From Octopus vulgaris (lineage: Eukaryota), in assembly GCA_951406725.2 (NCBI GenBank), contig OX597823.1, positions 98,394,001 to 98,458,000 of the forward strand: 64,000 nt of DNA, given 5' to 3'. The stretch's first letter is position 1; every line of letters begins with the position of its first letter. The position numbers and the translations under genes are program-made. This document shows, piece after piece, positions 11,475 to 26,999 of the stretch. The notes beneath the pieces were generated by a model that ran no database searches, was not told the origin of the DNA, and saw only the letters and a list, made by a program, of their open reading frames with translations.

Positions 11475-12990
11475 GGAGAGTTTGTGAAGACTTCTACACC
11501 AAGCTCTCTAAGTCTACCAGAAATGTCCAGCCATTACCACCACTCCAACAAGAAGAAAACGTGCCACCTATCTTTGTCAGCGAGGTTGAAAGAGCCATCG
11601 GCTCGATGAAAAACGGAAAGGCTCCAGGGAAAGACAGTATTACATCGGAGGTGCTAAAGTCAGGCAGAGAGCAGCTCTGGAAAATCCTCGCTGAGTGATT
11701 TACGCACTATCTAGACGAGGGAAAATACCATCCTGCTGTATAAGAAGGGCGACAGAGAAGATCTAAAGAACTACTGACCCATATGTCTGCTGTCTCACGT
11801 GTACAAGCTGTTCACGAAGATAATTCTGAACAGGTTGTCACGTCGTCTCGACGAACAACAACCGAGGGAGAAAGCAGGCTTCCGGAAGAACTACAGCACA
11901 ATGGACCATATATTTGCTCTAACGCAACTGCTTGAGCGAGCAAATGAGTACAAGCTGCCTCTTTGCGTTGCGTTTATAGATTATGAGAAGGCCTTTGATA
12001 GCATCGAAACCAACACAGTGCTGAACTTGCTGCAGAGGCAAGGAATCAAAGCGCAATATGTGCAGCTGCTCAGAGAGGCAAATTCCGGATGCACCACCGA
12101 CATAGCTCTACTGTCATCACCCATACGAGTGCCGGTCAAGAAGGGAGTGAAGCAAGGAGATACAATCTCCCCAAAACTTTTCACTGCATGTCTCGAACAG
12201 ATCATCAGAGGCATCGAACGGCAAGGTGGTGTCAACATCAATGGCGAGCTCCTCACTCACCTCCGTGTCGCTGACGACATCGTACTCATCGCTGAAAACA
12301 TGGATCAGCTTCAGACCATGCTGATGGAGCTTGACATCAAAAGTTCTGCAGTAGGTCTCAAGATGAACCGCATGAAAACAAAGTTCATGCGGTCAGACAA
12401 CGTACCAACAGGTCGAATGGTGATCGGCAGTGATGAAATAGAGGAGGTGAGAGAATATGTCTACCTGGGACAGGAAGTAAATATGTGCCGGGATATCAAA
12501 AATGAGATCTCACGGAGAGTAAGGGCCGGATGGAAGGCGTTCAATGGCATAAGGGATGTGCTCAAGGGAAGGTTGGACAGGACCACCCGCGCCAACCTCA
12601 TTAACAGTGCAGTTCTGCCTGCAATGTTATATGGTAGTGAAACATGGGCTACCACAAAGAGAGAAGAGCAAAGACTGATAACGGCTCAAAGAGCCATGGA
12701 AAGGTCAATGCTTGGTATCTCGTTGAGAGAGCACATAAGTAGCAAGATCGTCAGAAAGAAATCTGGCATGAGAAATGTCATCGCAGAGTATACACGCAGC
12801 AAGTATAGATGGGCTGGAAACGTCGCCTGGCTCACCGATAATCGGTGGACGCACGCAGTTGTCTAGTGGTACCCGCGTGAGGGGAAAAGACCACCCGGAA
12901 GACCTCAATGACGGTGGAATTACGATTTCAGGAGGACGATTGGGATCACGTGGATGAGAAAGGCGCGATCCAGAGAGGAGTGGACAGCGT
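11475..12990 (+). pseudogene. RTE-1-like reverse transcriptase, disrupted
   Basis: MKNGKAPGKD, YKLFTKIILNRL, AGFRKNYSTMDHI, FIDYEKAFDSI, GVKQGDTISPKLF, LRVADDIVL, YVYLGQ, MLYGSETW, RWAG. Stops near 11696, 11775, 12864 and 12909; deletion/frameshift near 11730. Confidence 0.9.
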
Positions 12991-13053
12991 GCTGTGATCA
13001 GCGGTGTCAAATGGATGCCTGACGGACTGGTCGGTCAAAGTGATCAAAGTGAT
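11475..13053 (+). mobile_element. 5'-truncated RTE-clade LINE (family B, RTE-1-like)
   Basis: RT frame followed by the 3' end ...ctggtcggtcaaagtgatcaaagtgat, running into a microsatellite. Confidence 0.9.
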
Positions 13054-14905
<1,852 letters not shown>

Positions 14906-14906
<1 letters not shown>

Positions 14907-17067
14907 GACACTTGTGACACTTGTGAAGACCTGTTGAGGCAAGTGTGTGACACTTGTGAAGACCTGTTGAGGCAAGTGTGTGACACTTGTGAAGACCTGT
15001 TGAGGCAGAGGCAAGTGTGTGACACTTTGTGAAGACCTGTTGAGCCAGAGGCAAGTGTGTGACACTTGTGAAGACCTGTTGAGGCAAGTGTGTGACACTT
15101 GTGAAGACCTGTTGAGGCAAGTGAAAATCAAACCAAATCAAAATAGATGAACATCAATGGAATTTGTATCTTTGTGGTACCAGTACCGGTGGCACACAAG
15201 AAAACCATCTGAACGTGGCCGTAGCCAGTACCGCATCGACTGGCCTCCGTGCTGTGGGCACAACAAACACCATCCGATCGTGGCCGTTCGCCAGCCTCAT
15301 CTGGCACCTGTGTCAGTGGCACATAAAAACACCATCCGAAGACCCGGCGACGTAGTCAGTCCACCTATGCATACCTTCCTTCTTATGACACTTGTGAAGA
15401 CCTGTTGAGGCAAGTGTGTGACACTTGTGAAGACCTGTTGAGGCAGAGGCAAGTGTGTGACACTTTGTGAAGACCTGTTGAGGCAGAGGCAAGTGTGTGA
15501 CACTTGTGAAGACCTGTTGAGGCAAGTGAAAATCAAACCAAATCAAAATAGATGAACATCAATGGAATTTGTATCTTTGTGGTACCAGTACCGGTGGCAC
15601 ACAAGAAAACCATCCGAACGTGGCCGTAGCCAGTACCGCATCGACTGGCCTCTGTGATGTGGGCACATAACAAACACCATCCGATCGTGGTGGCCCCTAC
15701 CTGGGACGTAGTCAGTCCACCTGTGCATATCTTCCTTCTTGTGACACTTGTGAAGACCTGTTGAGGCAAGTGAAAATCAACAAATCAAAAAATCAAAACA
15801 AATCAAAATAGATGAACATCAATGGAATCTGTATCTCTGTGGTACCAGTGCCAGTGGCACACAAGAAAACCATCCGAACGTGGCTGTAGCCAGTACCGCA
15901 TCGACTGGCCTCCGTGCTGTGGGCACATAACAAACAATCGTGGCCGTTCGCCAGCCTCATCTGGCACCTGTCCGAAGACCCGGCAAGACTAGTCAGGCCA
16001 TAGCCCGTGGCCCCTTCCTGGGACGTAGTCAGTCCACCTGTGCATACCTCCTTCTTATGACACTTGTGAAGACCTGTTGAGGCAAGTGCTAATCAAATCA
16101 AATGACACTTGTGAAGACCAGTTGAGGCAAGTGATAATAATAATAATCATAATCAAATCAAATCAAAACAAATCAAAATAGATGAACATCAATGGAATTT
16201 GTATCTTTGTGGTACCAATGCCGGTGGCACACAAGAAAACCATCCGAACGTGGCGGTAGCCAGTACCACATCGACTGGCCTCCGTGCTGTGGGCACGTAA
16301 CAAACACCATCCGATCGTGGCCGTTCGCCAGCCTCATCTGGCACCTGTGTTGGTGGCACATAAAAACACCATCCAAAGACCCGGCAAGACTAGTCAGGCC
16401 ATAACCCGTGGCCCCTACCTGGGACGTAGTCAGTCCACCTGTGCATACCTTCCTTCTTATGACACTTGTGAAGACCTGTTGAGGCAAGTATGTGACACTT
16501 GTGAAGACCTGTTGAGGCAAGTGTGTGACACTTGTGAAGACCTGTTGAGGCAAGTGAAAATCAAAATCAAACCAAATCAAAATAGATGAACATCAATGGA
16601 ATTTGTATCTTTGTGGTACCAGTGCCGGTGGCACACAAGAAAACCATCCGAATGTGGCCGTAGCCAGTACCGCATCGACTGGCCCCCGTGCTGTGGGCAC
16701 GTAACAAACACCATCCGATCGTGGCCGTTCGCCAGCCTCATCTGGCACTTGTGTCGGTGGCACATAAAAACACCATCCGAGCGTGGCCGTCTGCCAGCCT
16801 CGTCTGGCACCTGTTGCGGTGGCACATAAAAAACACCATCCGAGCGTGGCCGTTCGCCAGCCTCGTCTGGCACCTGTGTCGGTGGCACATAAAATCACCC
16901 ACTACACTCTCGGAGTGGTTGGCGTTAGGAAGGGCATCCAGCTGTAGAAACACTGCCAGATCTGACTGGCCTGGTGCAGCCTTCGGGCTCCCCAGACTCC
17001 AGTTGAACCGTCCAACCCATGCTAGCATGGAAAGCGGACGTTAAATGATGATGATGATGATGATGAT
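14906..17067 (+). repeat. Satellite-like array derived from the RTE family A 3' UTR, ending in the (GAT)n tail
   Basis: Runs of the 33-bp unit tgacacttgtgaagacctgttgaggcaagtgtg alternate with five 210-500-bp blocks homologous to 10930-11470. Terminal ...ggaaagcggacgttaaa(tga)n. Confidence 0.9.
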
Positions 17068-18313
<1,246 letters not shown>

Positions 18314-18314
18314 T

Positions 18315-18508
18315 ATCATCTTCATCATCATCATCATTTAGCGTCCGCTTTCCATGCTAGCATGGGTTGGACGGGTCAACTGGGGTCTGTGAAGCTGGAA
18401 GGCTTCGTTAGGCCCAGTCAGATCTGGCAGTGTTTCTACGGCTGGATGCCCTTCCTAACGCCAACCACTCCGCGAGTGTAGTGGGTGTTTTTGATGTGCC
18501 ACCTGCAC
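18315..18508 (-). mobile_element. Short 3'-end copy of RTE family A (SINE-like), (GAT)n tail
   Basis: Reverse-complement match to ~16880-17067. Confidence 0.85.
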
Positions 18509-18564
18509 ATATATGTGCATATATATATATTTATATATATATATATATATATATATGATAGATG

Positions 18565-18710
18565 TAGGCATTGGCTGTGTGGTTAAGAACTTCACAACTA
18601 TATAGTTTCAGGTTCAATCCCAGTGTGTAGCATCTTGAGTATCTTCTGCTCTCTTGCTGACAAATATCTGGTTAGTGAATTTGGTGGATGAAAACTGCAG
18701 GAATCCTGGA
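18565..18710 (+). mobile_element. Decayed tRNA-derived SINE head (family C)
   Basis: tggctgtgtggttaag A-box and ggttcaatccc B-box; similar to the minus-strand copies at 24015-24345 and 38340-38690. Confidence 0.6.
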
Positions 18711-19104
18711 ACACACACACACACACGCATATATATATAATTCATTTTTAATAACTGAACTTACAGTAGCTAAAGCTATAAATATTAACCTTTAACCATT
18801 GAGTATGTATGCAAGTATGGTGTATGTACATATATGTGAGTATATGTGTGCAATGGGGCATGAATGTTGATATTTCAGACATGCTTGGTTGAAGCAATGA
18901 TGTTGACAAAACGACCAATTCCTCTATACTTCTGAAGATATCTTTACAAAAATTCCTTATCTTGAAAAATGGGTAAGTATTGGTGACAAGAAGAGTGTCT
19001 GGCCAGAAAAACCTACAGTAGATAACGGGGAAAGATGGATTTTGAATCAAAGAATGAATACACACAGATACAAGTACACACATGTATGTATATGTGTGTG
19101 TGTG

Positions 19105-19246
<142 letters not shown>

Positions 19247-19622
19247 GGAGGTGCAATGGCACAGTAGTTAGGGCAGCAGACTTGCGGTTGTAGGATCATA
19301 ATTTCGATTCCCAGACCGGGTGTTGTGAGCATTTATTGAGCGAAAATACCTAAAGTTACACGAGGCTCCGGCAGGGGTTGGTAGTGAACCCTACTATGCT
19401 CTTTTATCACAACTTTCACTTTTTCTTCCTGTTTCTGTTGTACCTGTATTTCGATGGACCATCCTTGTCACCCTATGTGTCACTCTGAATCTCCCCAAGA
19501 ACTGCGTTAAGGGTACATGTGTCTGTGGAGTGCTCAGCCACTTGCACATTAATTTCATGAGTAGGCTGTTCCATTGATTGGATCAACTGGAACCTTTGTC
19601 GTCATTACTGACGGAGTGCCAC
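19247..19622 (+). mobile_element. tRNA-derived SINE (family B, tail type 1)
   Basis: tggcacagtagttagg A-box and tttcgattccc B-box; first ~190 bp shared with 44691-44878. Confidence 0.8.
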
Positions 19623-19644
19623 GATATATACACACACATACACA

Positions 19645-19810
19645 TGGTGTGTTTACATCCCTGTGACTTAACAGTTTGGCAAAGAGACCGGTAGAATAAG
19701 TACTGGGCTTTAAAAATAAGTCTTAGAGGTGATTTGTTCAATTAAGATCCTTCAAAGTGGTGCCCCAGCATGGCCATAATCTAGTGACTGAAACAAGCAA
19801 AAGATAAAAG
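19645..19810 (+). mobile_element. 3' half of SINE family C
   Basis: ggtgtgtttacatccc...ccagcatggcc...gactgaaacaag plus aaaagat tail; matches the reverse complement of 24015-24170. Confidence 0.7.
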
Positions 19811-20005
19811 ATCATCATTTAACGTCCGTTGACAATGCTGGCATGGGTTAGAAGGTGTTACCAGAGCTGGTAAGATCTGTGCCATGGTTTCTACAGTTGG
19901 ATACCCTTCCTAATGCCAGCCACTTTATAGAGTGTGATGCATGCTTTTACATGGCAGCACATGCACACTTTTATGTGGCACTGTATGGATGCTTTTATGT
20001 AATGC
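19811..20005 (-). mobile_element. Decayed RTE family A 3'-end copy
   Basis: atcatcatttaacgtcc...cccttcctaatgccagccact...cttttacatggca. Confidence 0.7.
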
Positions 20006-20023
20006 TGTAAGACTGTGGTGTCT

Positions 20024-22210
20024 TTTTTACACCATGGCCACTTGTTTTTACATCATGACCACTCGTTTTACACCATGACCACTCGTTTTACATCATGGCT
20101 ACTTGTTTTTACACCATGACAACTCGTTTTACACTATGGCCACTCGTTTTACACCATGGCCACTCGTTTTACATCATGGCTACTTGTTTTTACACCATGA
20201 TCACTCGTTTTACACCATGGCCACTTGTTTTTAAACCATGGCCACTCGTTTTACACCATGGCCACTTGTTTTACACCATGCCCATTCGTTTTACACCTTG
20301 ACCAGTCGTTTTACATCATGGCTACTTGTTTTTACACCATGACCACTCGTTTTGCACCATGCCCATTCGTTTTACACCATGACCACTCGTTTTACATCAT
20401 GGCTACATGTTTTTACACCATGACCACTCATTTTACACCATGGCCACTCGTTTTACATCATGGCCACTTGTTTTTAGACCATGGCCACTCGTTTTACACC
20501 ATGGCCACTTGTTTTTACACCATGGCCACTCGTTTTAAACCATGGACACTCGTTTTACACCATGGCCACTCGTTTTGCACCATGGCCACTCGTTTTACAC
20601 CATGGACACTCGTTTTACACCATGGCCACTCGTTTTGCACCATGGCCACTCGTTTTACACCATGGACACTCGTTTTACACCATGGCCACTTGTTTTTACC
20701 CCATGTCCACTCGTTTTACACCATGGCCACTTGTTTTTACACCATGGCCACTCGTTTTACACCATGGACACTCGTTTTACACCATGGCCACTTGTTTTTA
20801 CACCATGGCCACTCGTTTTACATCATGGCTACTTCTTTTTACCCCATGTCCACTCGTTTTACACCATGGCCACTTGTTTTTACACCATGGCCACTCGTTT
20901 TACACCATGGCCACTTGTTTTTAAACCATGGCCACTCGTTTTACACCATGGCCACTTGTTTTACACCATGCCCATTCGTTTTACACCTTGACCAGTCGTT
21001 TTACATCATGGCTACTTGTTTTTACACCATGACCACTCGTTTTGCACCATGCCCATTCGTTTTACACCATGACCACTCGTTTTACATCATGGCCACTTGT
21101 TTTTAGACCATGGCCACTCGTTTTACACCATGGCCACTTGTTTTTACACCATGGCCACTCGTTTTACACCATGGACACTCGTTTTACACCATGGCCACTG
21201 TTTTGCACCATGGCCACTCGTTTTACACCATGGACACTCGTTTTACACCATGGCCACTTGTTTTTACCCCATGTCCACTCGTTTTACACCATGGACACTC
21301 GTTTTACACCAAGGCCACTTGTTTTTACCCCATGTCCACTCGTTTTACACCATGGCCACTTGTTTTTACACCATGGCCACTCGTTTTACACCATGGACAC
21401 TCGTTTTACACCATGGCCACTTGTTTTTACACCATGGCCACTTGTTTTACATCATGGCTACTTCTTTTTACCCCATGTCCACTCGTTTTACACCATGGCC
21501 ACTTGTTTTTACACCATGGCCACTCGTTTTACACCATGGCCACTTGTTTTTACACCATGGCCACTTGTTTTACACCATGGACACTCATTTTAAATCATGG
21601 CGACTTGTTTTACACCATGGCCACTCGTTTTACATCATGGCCACTTGTTTTACACCATGGCCACTCGTTTTACATCATAGCCACTTGTTTTTACACCATG
21701 ACCACTCGTTTTACATCATAGCCACTTGTTTTTACACCATGACCACTCGTTTTACATCATGGCCACTTGTTTTACATCATTGCCACTTGTTTTTACACCA
21801 TGGCCACTCGTTTTACATCATGGCCACTTGTTTTACATCATGGCCAATTGTTTTTACACCATGGCCACTCGTTTTACACCATGGCCACTCGTTTTACATC
21901 ATGGCCACTCGTTTTACACCATGGCAACTCGCTTTACATCATAGCCACTTGTTTTTACACCATGGCCACTCGTTTTACACCATGGACACTCATTTTACAT
22001 CATGGCTACTTGTTTTTACACTATGGCCACTCGTTTTACACCATGGCCACTCGTTTTACATCATGGACACTCGTTTTACATCATGGCTACTTGTTTTTAC
22101 ACCATGGCCACTCGTTTTACACCATGGACACTCGTTTTACACCATGGCCACTCGTTTTACATCATGGCCCCTTTTTTTTACACCATGGCCACCCGTTTTA
22201 CACCATGTCC
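20024..22210. repeat. Minisatellite, 20/21-bp unit TTTTACACCATGGCCACTCG / TTTTTACACCATGGCCACTTG, about 105 units
   Basis: Direct inspection; explains the MATRFTPWPLVLHHGHSFYT ORFs. Confidence 0.97.
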
Positions 22211-22506
22211 TCTTAGTCTAGGAGAGAGAGAGAGAGAGACAACAGGGTAATGGCATTAGTAGGAGAGTTTGTGAAGATGAACGGGGAGAGTGAAGTATCA
22301 GAATAAAACTGGAGACACTAAGCCCCACCACCAGGCCACATATCTCCCCCTTACACCAGCATATTATCGTCACAAGCTGCCCCCCCCCCCCGGCTATGTT
22401 TCTCCTCCTTGAACACCAACTCATTATACACTTCATAGTTTACATACACAACCTACACATCTATAACTTCACATCATCTAAATATATCACGCATGCTCGT
22501 ATGCGT

Positions 22507-22507
<1 letters not shown>

Positions 22508-22563
<56 letters not shown>
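22508..22563. repeat. Perfect (CA)n microsatellite
   Basis: Direct inspection. Confidence 0.95.
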
Positions 22564-22565
<2 letters not shown>

Positions 22566-23352
22566 AGTGCATAAACATTACTGACTTCACAAATACTCAC
22601 TACACACACACACACACACACAGACTCCTATCAATATTCAGATATACAATTGTTTATACCTGCATACACAGTACTTCTGTGCATCCTCTCACACCTGTCA
22701 CCCTTCCTTTCCTCTCAACCTCTTCCCTTGTTACCATCTCTCCCTTCTCTCTCTAATACTTTCCCCTATTTGCTTGTACCACCACTTAATCTGCAACGCC
22801 CCTGCCTCCTCTTGGTGCTACCTTGTTCATCTTCTATACTTCCAATCTAACAGTCAACCAAACATTCTGCAGAATGTCAAAAATTAATCAAATGCTTTAA
22901 ACAGGTACCATTTCTTTTCTTGTTCCTTGTTCATTTCTTTCTTACTCTACTTTGATAAAGGGTTCACTTGAACGTCACTCTATCTCTTTCCCTTTTTTGT
23001 GTTTGTACAATTCTCTGTGCACAACCTTCAAGGTTTCTTTATTGTGCTTACAGTTTGTCTATTCATCATCTTTTCAATTTTTGTCTATCTTCTGTAGCCT
23101 CTCACATTGTCCAAATGCCCATCTCTTTTTCCCCTTAATCTCTTTGTGCTATTTTACCCACCCACCCATCCATCCATCCATCCATCCATCCATCCATGTG
23201 GGTGTAGTTGTGTGTTAAGACGTTTGTGCATGTCTGTGTGCTTGGCAAGAAACTTGAAACATTTATTCAAACTGCCATTCATTTATCTATTTACTTGTCT
23301 ATGTATCCAATCATGTATTGATCTGTTCACCCATCCATTTAATCTCATGATC

Positions 23353-23400
<48 letters not shown>

Positions 23401-24014
23401 GCATACATACATTACACATGTACACACATGGAGGATGGATAGATAAATCTCTATTGGTTTTGGTGATGAGGATTCAGTTGTTTGATCGGCTGTAATCCCT
23501 GCCCCCCTGAATTAACATGTAAGTAGTAACATGTGAGTATTCCATGGACATGTATATCCCAAATGTAATTCTCCCTCAGAATTAGCAGAGGACAAAGCTG
23601 TACCTTCACATTGTAGACACAATCCACCCAACAGACATCCACACAATTTCCATCTGCTCATATTCACTCATAATAAATGGATAGGTTAACCTGTGGCTGT
23701 TGGAAAATGACATTTGACCAAGAGGCCTTGCAGTGAGATCTGTCTCAAAGACTTTGTGGTTGTAGAGCAAACTTCTGAACCATTCTGTCACCCTGTGGTT
23801 ATGTGTGAGTGTGTGTGAGTGTGTGTATAAATTCGGTGTGTGTTGCGTTCCGTTACTTGATAATGAAAAAAATGTATGGTAAATAAGCATATGACAATGA
23901 ATACTGAGTGTAAAACTGGACAGGGGACAAACAGAGAAGGTCCCTAATTCTTCACCAGTTATCATCATTCTGGTTTTACACTCAGCATACGTTATGTCGT
24001 ATTCTTTCTTTTCT

Positions 24015-24345
24015 TTTTTTTTACTTGTTTCAGTCATTAGACTGCAGCCATGCTGGAGCACTGCCTTTAGTTGAACAAATCGACTCCCTGGACTTATTCT
24101 TTGTAAGCCTGGTACTTATTTTGTCGGTCTCTTTTGCCGAACTGCTAAGTGATGGGGACGTAAACACACCAACATCGGTTGTCAAGCAATGGAGTGGGGA
24201 CAAACACAGACACTCATATATATACAAAATGAGCTGCTTTCTGTTTCCGTCTACCAAATCCACTCACAAGGCTTTGGTCAGCCTGAGGCTATAGTGGAAG
24301 ACACTTGCCCAAGGTGCCATGCAGTGGGACTGAACCTGGAACTGT
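24015..24345 (-). mobile_element. tRNA-derived SINE (family C)
   Basis: Minus strand: ggttcagtccc B-box, ccttgggcaagtgtctt core-like block, 3' gactgaaacaagtaaaa. Confidence 0.8.
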
Positions 24346-25079
24346 TTACTTACTATACATTTTTCTCATTTATTATATATATATAGTTTGTTACATCACT
24401 CATCTTACTACTTCCTTTCATTCCGAAACATTTTAACCTCCTTTTCTAATTTCTTCACAAATTCAATTGTAGCACTTTTGTCTATGTTGACTTGTTAAAA
24501 TATTCTTATTATATTTAACTTTGAGTTTAAATCAGATTATCTAAGCCTGTTTATTTCTTAACATCAGTATTTGAATAAGAAATAGCTAGTGCATCAGAAC
24601 AAGAGCTAAGTTTTTGTTCAGCTAAATCTGTTCTGCTGTTTCAATTTCTGAGTTTAGCTATTTCATCTCATTTTGTCACACATTCTATTTCGACATGTCT
24701 AAAATATAATCTACATTTCTTACATCCTTTTTCAAATGCCAATTATTTTTTAAACTCTGCAAAAAGGCTCAGTATTGTAGTAGGGAAGTGAACAGTGTGA
24801 ATTAATGCCTTTCTGAAAAGCATTACCATTGTAAAAGAAAAGAAATATTTTCAGCTGTAGAATGAAATAACTTCCCAGTTGTTTACCATTTGTTTTTGTT
24901 TTACAAAATTCGCCAGGGGCCTCAGTAATATCATAAACTAAAGATTCTGTGTGAAGAAAGTCTAAATTATTTAAAAATAGTTGTATTGTCATCTTGAAAA
25001 TATATAAAACTAAAATACTATCCAAATGATTACAAATCCTTGCTAAAATCTGATTCTGGAATATTTTTTTTAATTACAG

Positions 25080-25204
25080 GCAATTGAAATGGCTATCTGG
25101 AGACTGGACTCATGGGAAACTTCGTCCCAGAGGTCTAACCAGAAGAGCCTCTGGTTCAGACTTGATCCGGTCAGTTTTGGTGAAATCTGTTACTCCTGCA
25201 CCTG
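25080..25204 (+). CDS. Candidate internal coding exon of an unidentified host gene
   Basis: Strong acceptor (tttttttaattacAG) and donor (CTG|GTAAGT); GC-richer than its flanks. Open as QLKWLSGDWTHGKLRPRGLTRRASGSDLIRSVLVKSVTPAP (phase 2 in, phase 1 out). A second frame is also open. Confidence 0.7.
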
Positions 25205-26494
25205 GTAAGTAAAATTTCTTCAAATTCTAAAATTATTTTGGAAGAAAACTGAACATTCTATCAGAGTTTTGGGAAAGTTTGATATAAAATAATTTGATTA
25301 TTCAAAAATTATCTAAATTTCTTTCATTATTCCTTTATTTTCTTTTTTCTTCATTTTTATTTTATATAGATGAAGAATCTAATTTTGTGTAATTGATCCT
25401 TAGTCTCATAGAATATTCTGAAAAGCAAAAAATAAAGCATGATTATATGTTACCCATCCATAATAGATTGTAACTGTCCTTTTAAATAGATATCTTCACA
25501 AGAAGTCACTATTAGTAAATATCTGCAAAGACTGATACAAATGTATCCATCCAGCACAATTTCGGTATCAACTTTATCCTACAACAAATGCCAGTCTGTA
25601 ATGTCAAAAAACAAAAACAAAATAAGTATGGTCATTGTTTCTTTGTTAGTAAGATTTGGTAAGCATTATTTGCAGCTAAATTTAGCTGATCATGCCAAGC
25701 ACAATATTACTGTATGTATTATAGTAGCACTGGAATTTAGCTTCTTATAATGCAACAGTGAAGTGCATGCAGGCAAATCACTATTGGCCAAATGCTGTAT
25801 AACTATGTTGTTTTATGTGCTGGCAGAAAGAGGCTATAATCTAATTGTGCTGGCGATGGAAGCTGTGGTTTTTTTGTTGTAAGAAATGTAACATATTTAT
25901 TACTTTCCAGTAGGTTCTTGCTTATGGTAGATTTATTGTGTCCAGTCTTTTATGGCTAGCTTGATAGTCACAAGCATTCTGTTGGAGCATCATTGAAGTG
26001 ATATAAAGACTCTCTGAAGTGAAATCTGAAGATGTGTCAAATGAGTGAAGCTATGATTTCCTTCACAGATTCAGTGGCTGATTGTAGTGTCTGTAGAGCT
26101 CTCTGTATTAAGGGCACCGAACTTTTCAAGCAGATTTGTATTAAAGCCTTTGAAGAGAGGAGGAGGAGGAGGAAGAATGCATAAACTAATCCAAATTGAT
26201 TACATTGCTTTATAACTTTTTAATTAAATCATTTAAAAAATTTTATTCTTATTTTTATTAAAGAAAATGTTGTTTTCTTTAATAAAAATATCTGTAGTTT
26301 TAACAACCCTAATTGCTGTTCATATAGACAGATATAAAGAGATATTTCAGATAAAACCGTCATAAAGTTCTGATTATGTGGAGATGTTATAGAGTTGTTA
26401 TATTTTGTCATAGCTGGCTTAGAAATAATGAATGTGTTAGAAACACTTACATTGCTAGGGTGTTTCTAACACCCTAGTCACATTTAGTGACAGT

Positions 26495-26525
<31 letters not shown>

Positions 26526-26999
26526 TGGAGAGTGCAAAGTAAGAGTGTTATAGCTATTGCAGAGTAGTGCACAGATGGATGAGGACTCAAACCCTCCAAC
26601 CCTTACCTCCAGGGTTAGTGCCTATAGCCTTGAAAGTTACTGATAAGAATGATTCTTGTTTAGCTGCTATGATGGTAGAAATGCAGATAAACACAAGTAG
26701 GTTTAATTCATATGCTTACATGGAATACAAAATACATTGTACAGATTAAAGTAACCAAAAGAAGTCATGCAACAGTCTTAACTTGGCAGCTGTTTCAGGA
26801 GTGCCATGGTTTATGCTGCAACCATGTTCATATGTACTAGATGCACATGATGTTGCAGGTATGTAATATAATAAGTTCAAATGGATTTGTTAAGCTAAGG
26901 TAGATCACCCTCAATGAAAGAAGAATGTCCCAGTTTCAAGGCAGTGCCCCAGCATGGCCACAGTCCAATGACTGAAACATGTAAAAGATATACAAAGAG

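Noticed and set aside
14916-14946. GTGAAGA-cct-gttg-agg as a hammerhead core
   Set aside because: No GAAA directly after the stem and no stem III or cleavage triplet; treated as a plain stem-loop.
14906-16556. CRISPR-like look (33-bp hairpin repeat with intervening blocks)
   Set aside because: The repeats are directly tandem or separated by mutually homologous LINE UTR blocks, not unique spacers. Eukaryotic context, no cas genes.
19247-19320. tRNA genes at SINE heads (also 44691-44765)
   Set aside because: A/B boxes are present but there is no proper cloverleaf or acceptor stem, and the heads continue into SINE bodies.
20095-22250. Repeat-protein ORFs (MATRFTPWPLVLHHGHSFYT)n
   Set aside because: Unit lengths of 20/21 bp shift frames constantly and all three frames give the same peptide; this is a minisatellite.
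25770-25880. VLAERGYNLIVLA, resembling a short-chain dehydrogenase N-terminus
   Set aside because: No TGxxxGIG motif upstream, no convincing splice sites, and a short frame; likely chance.
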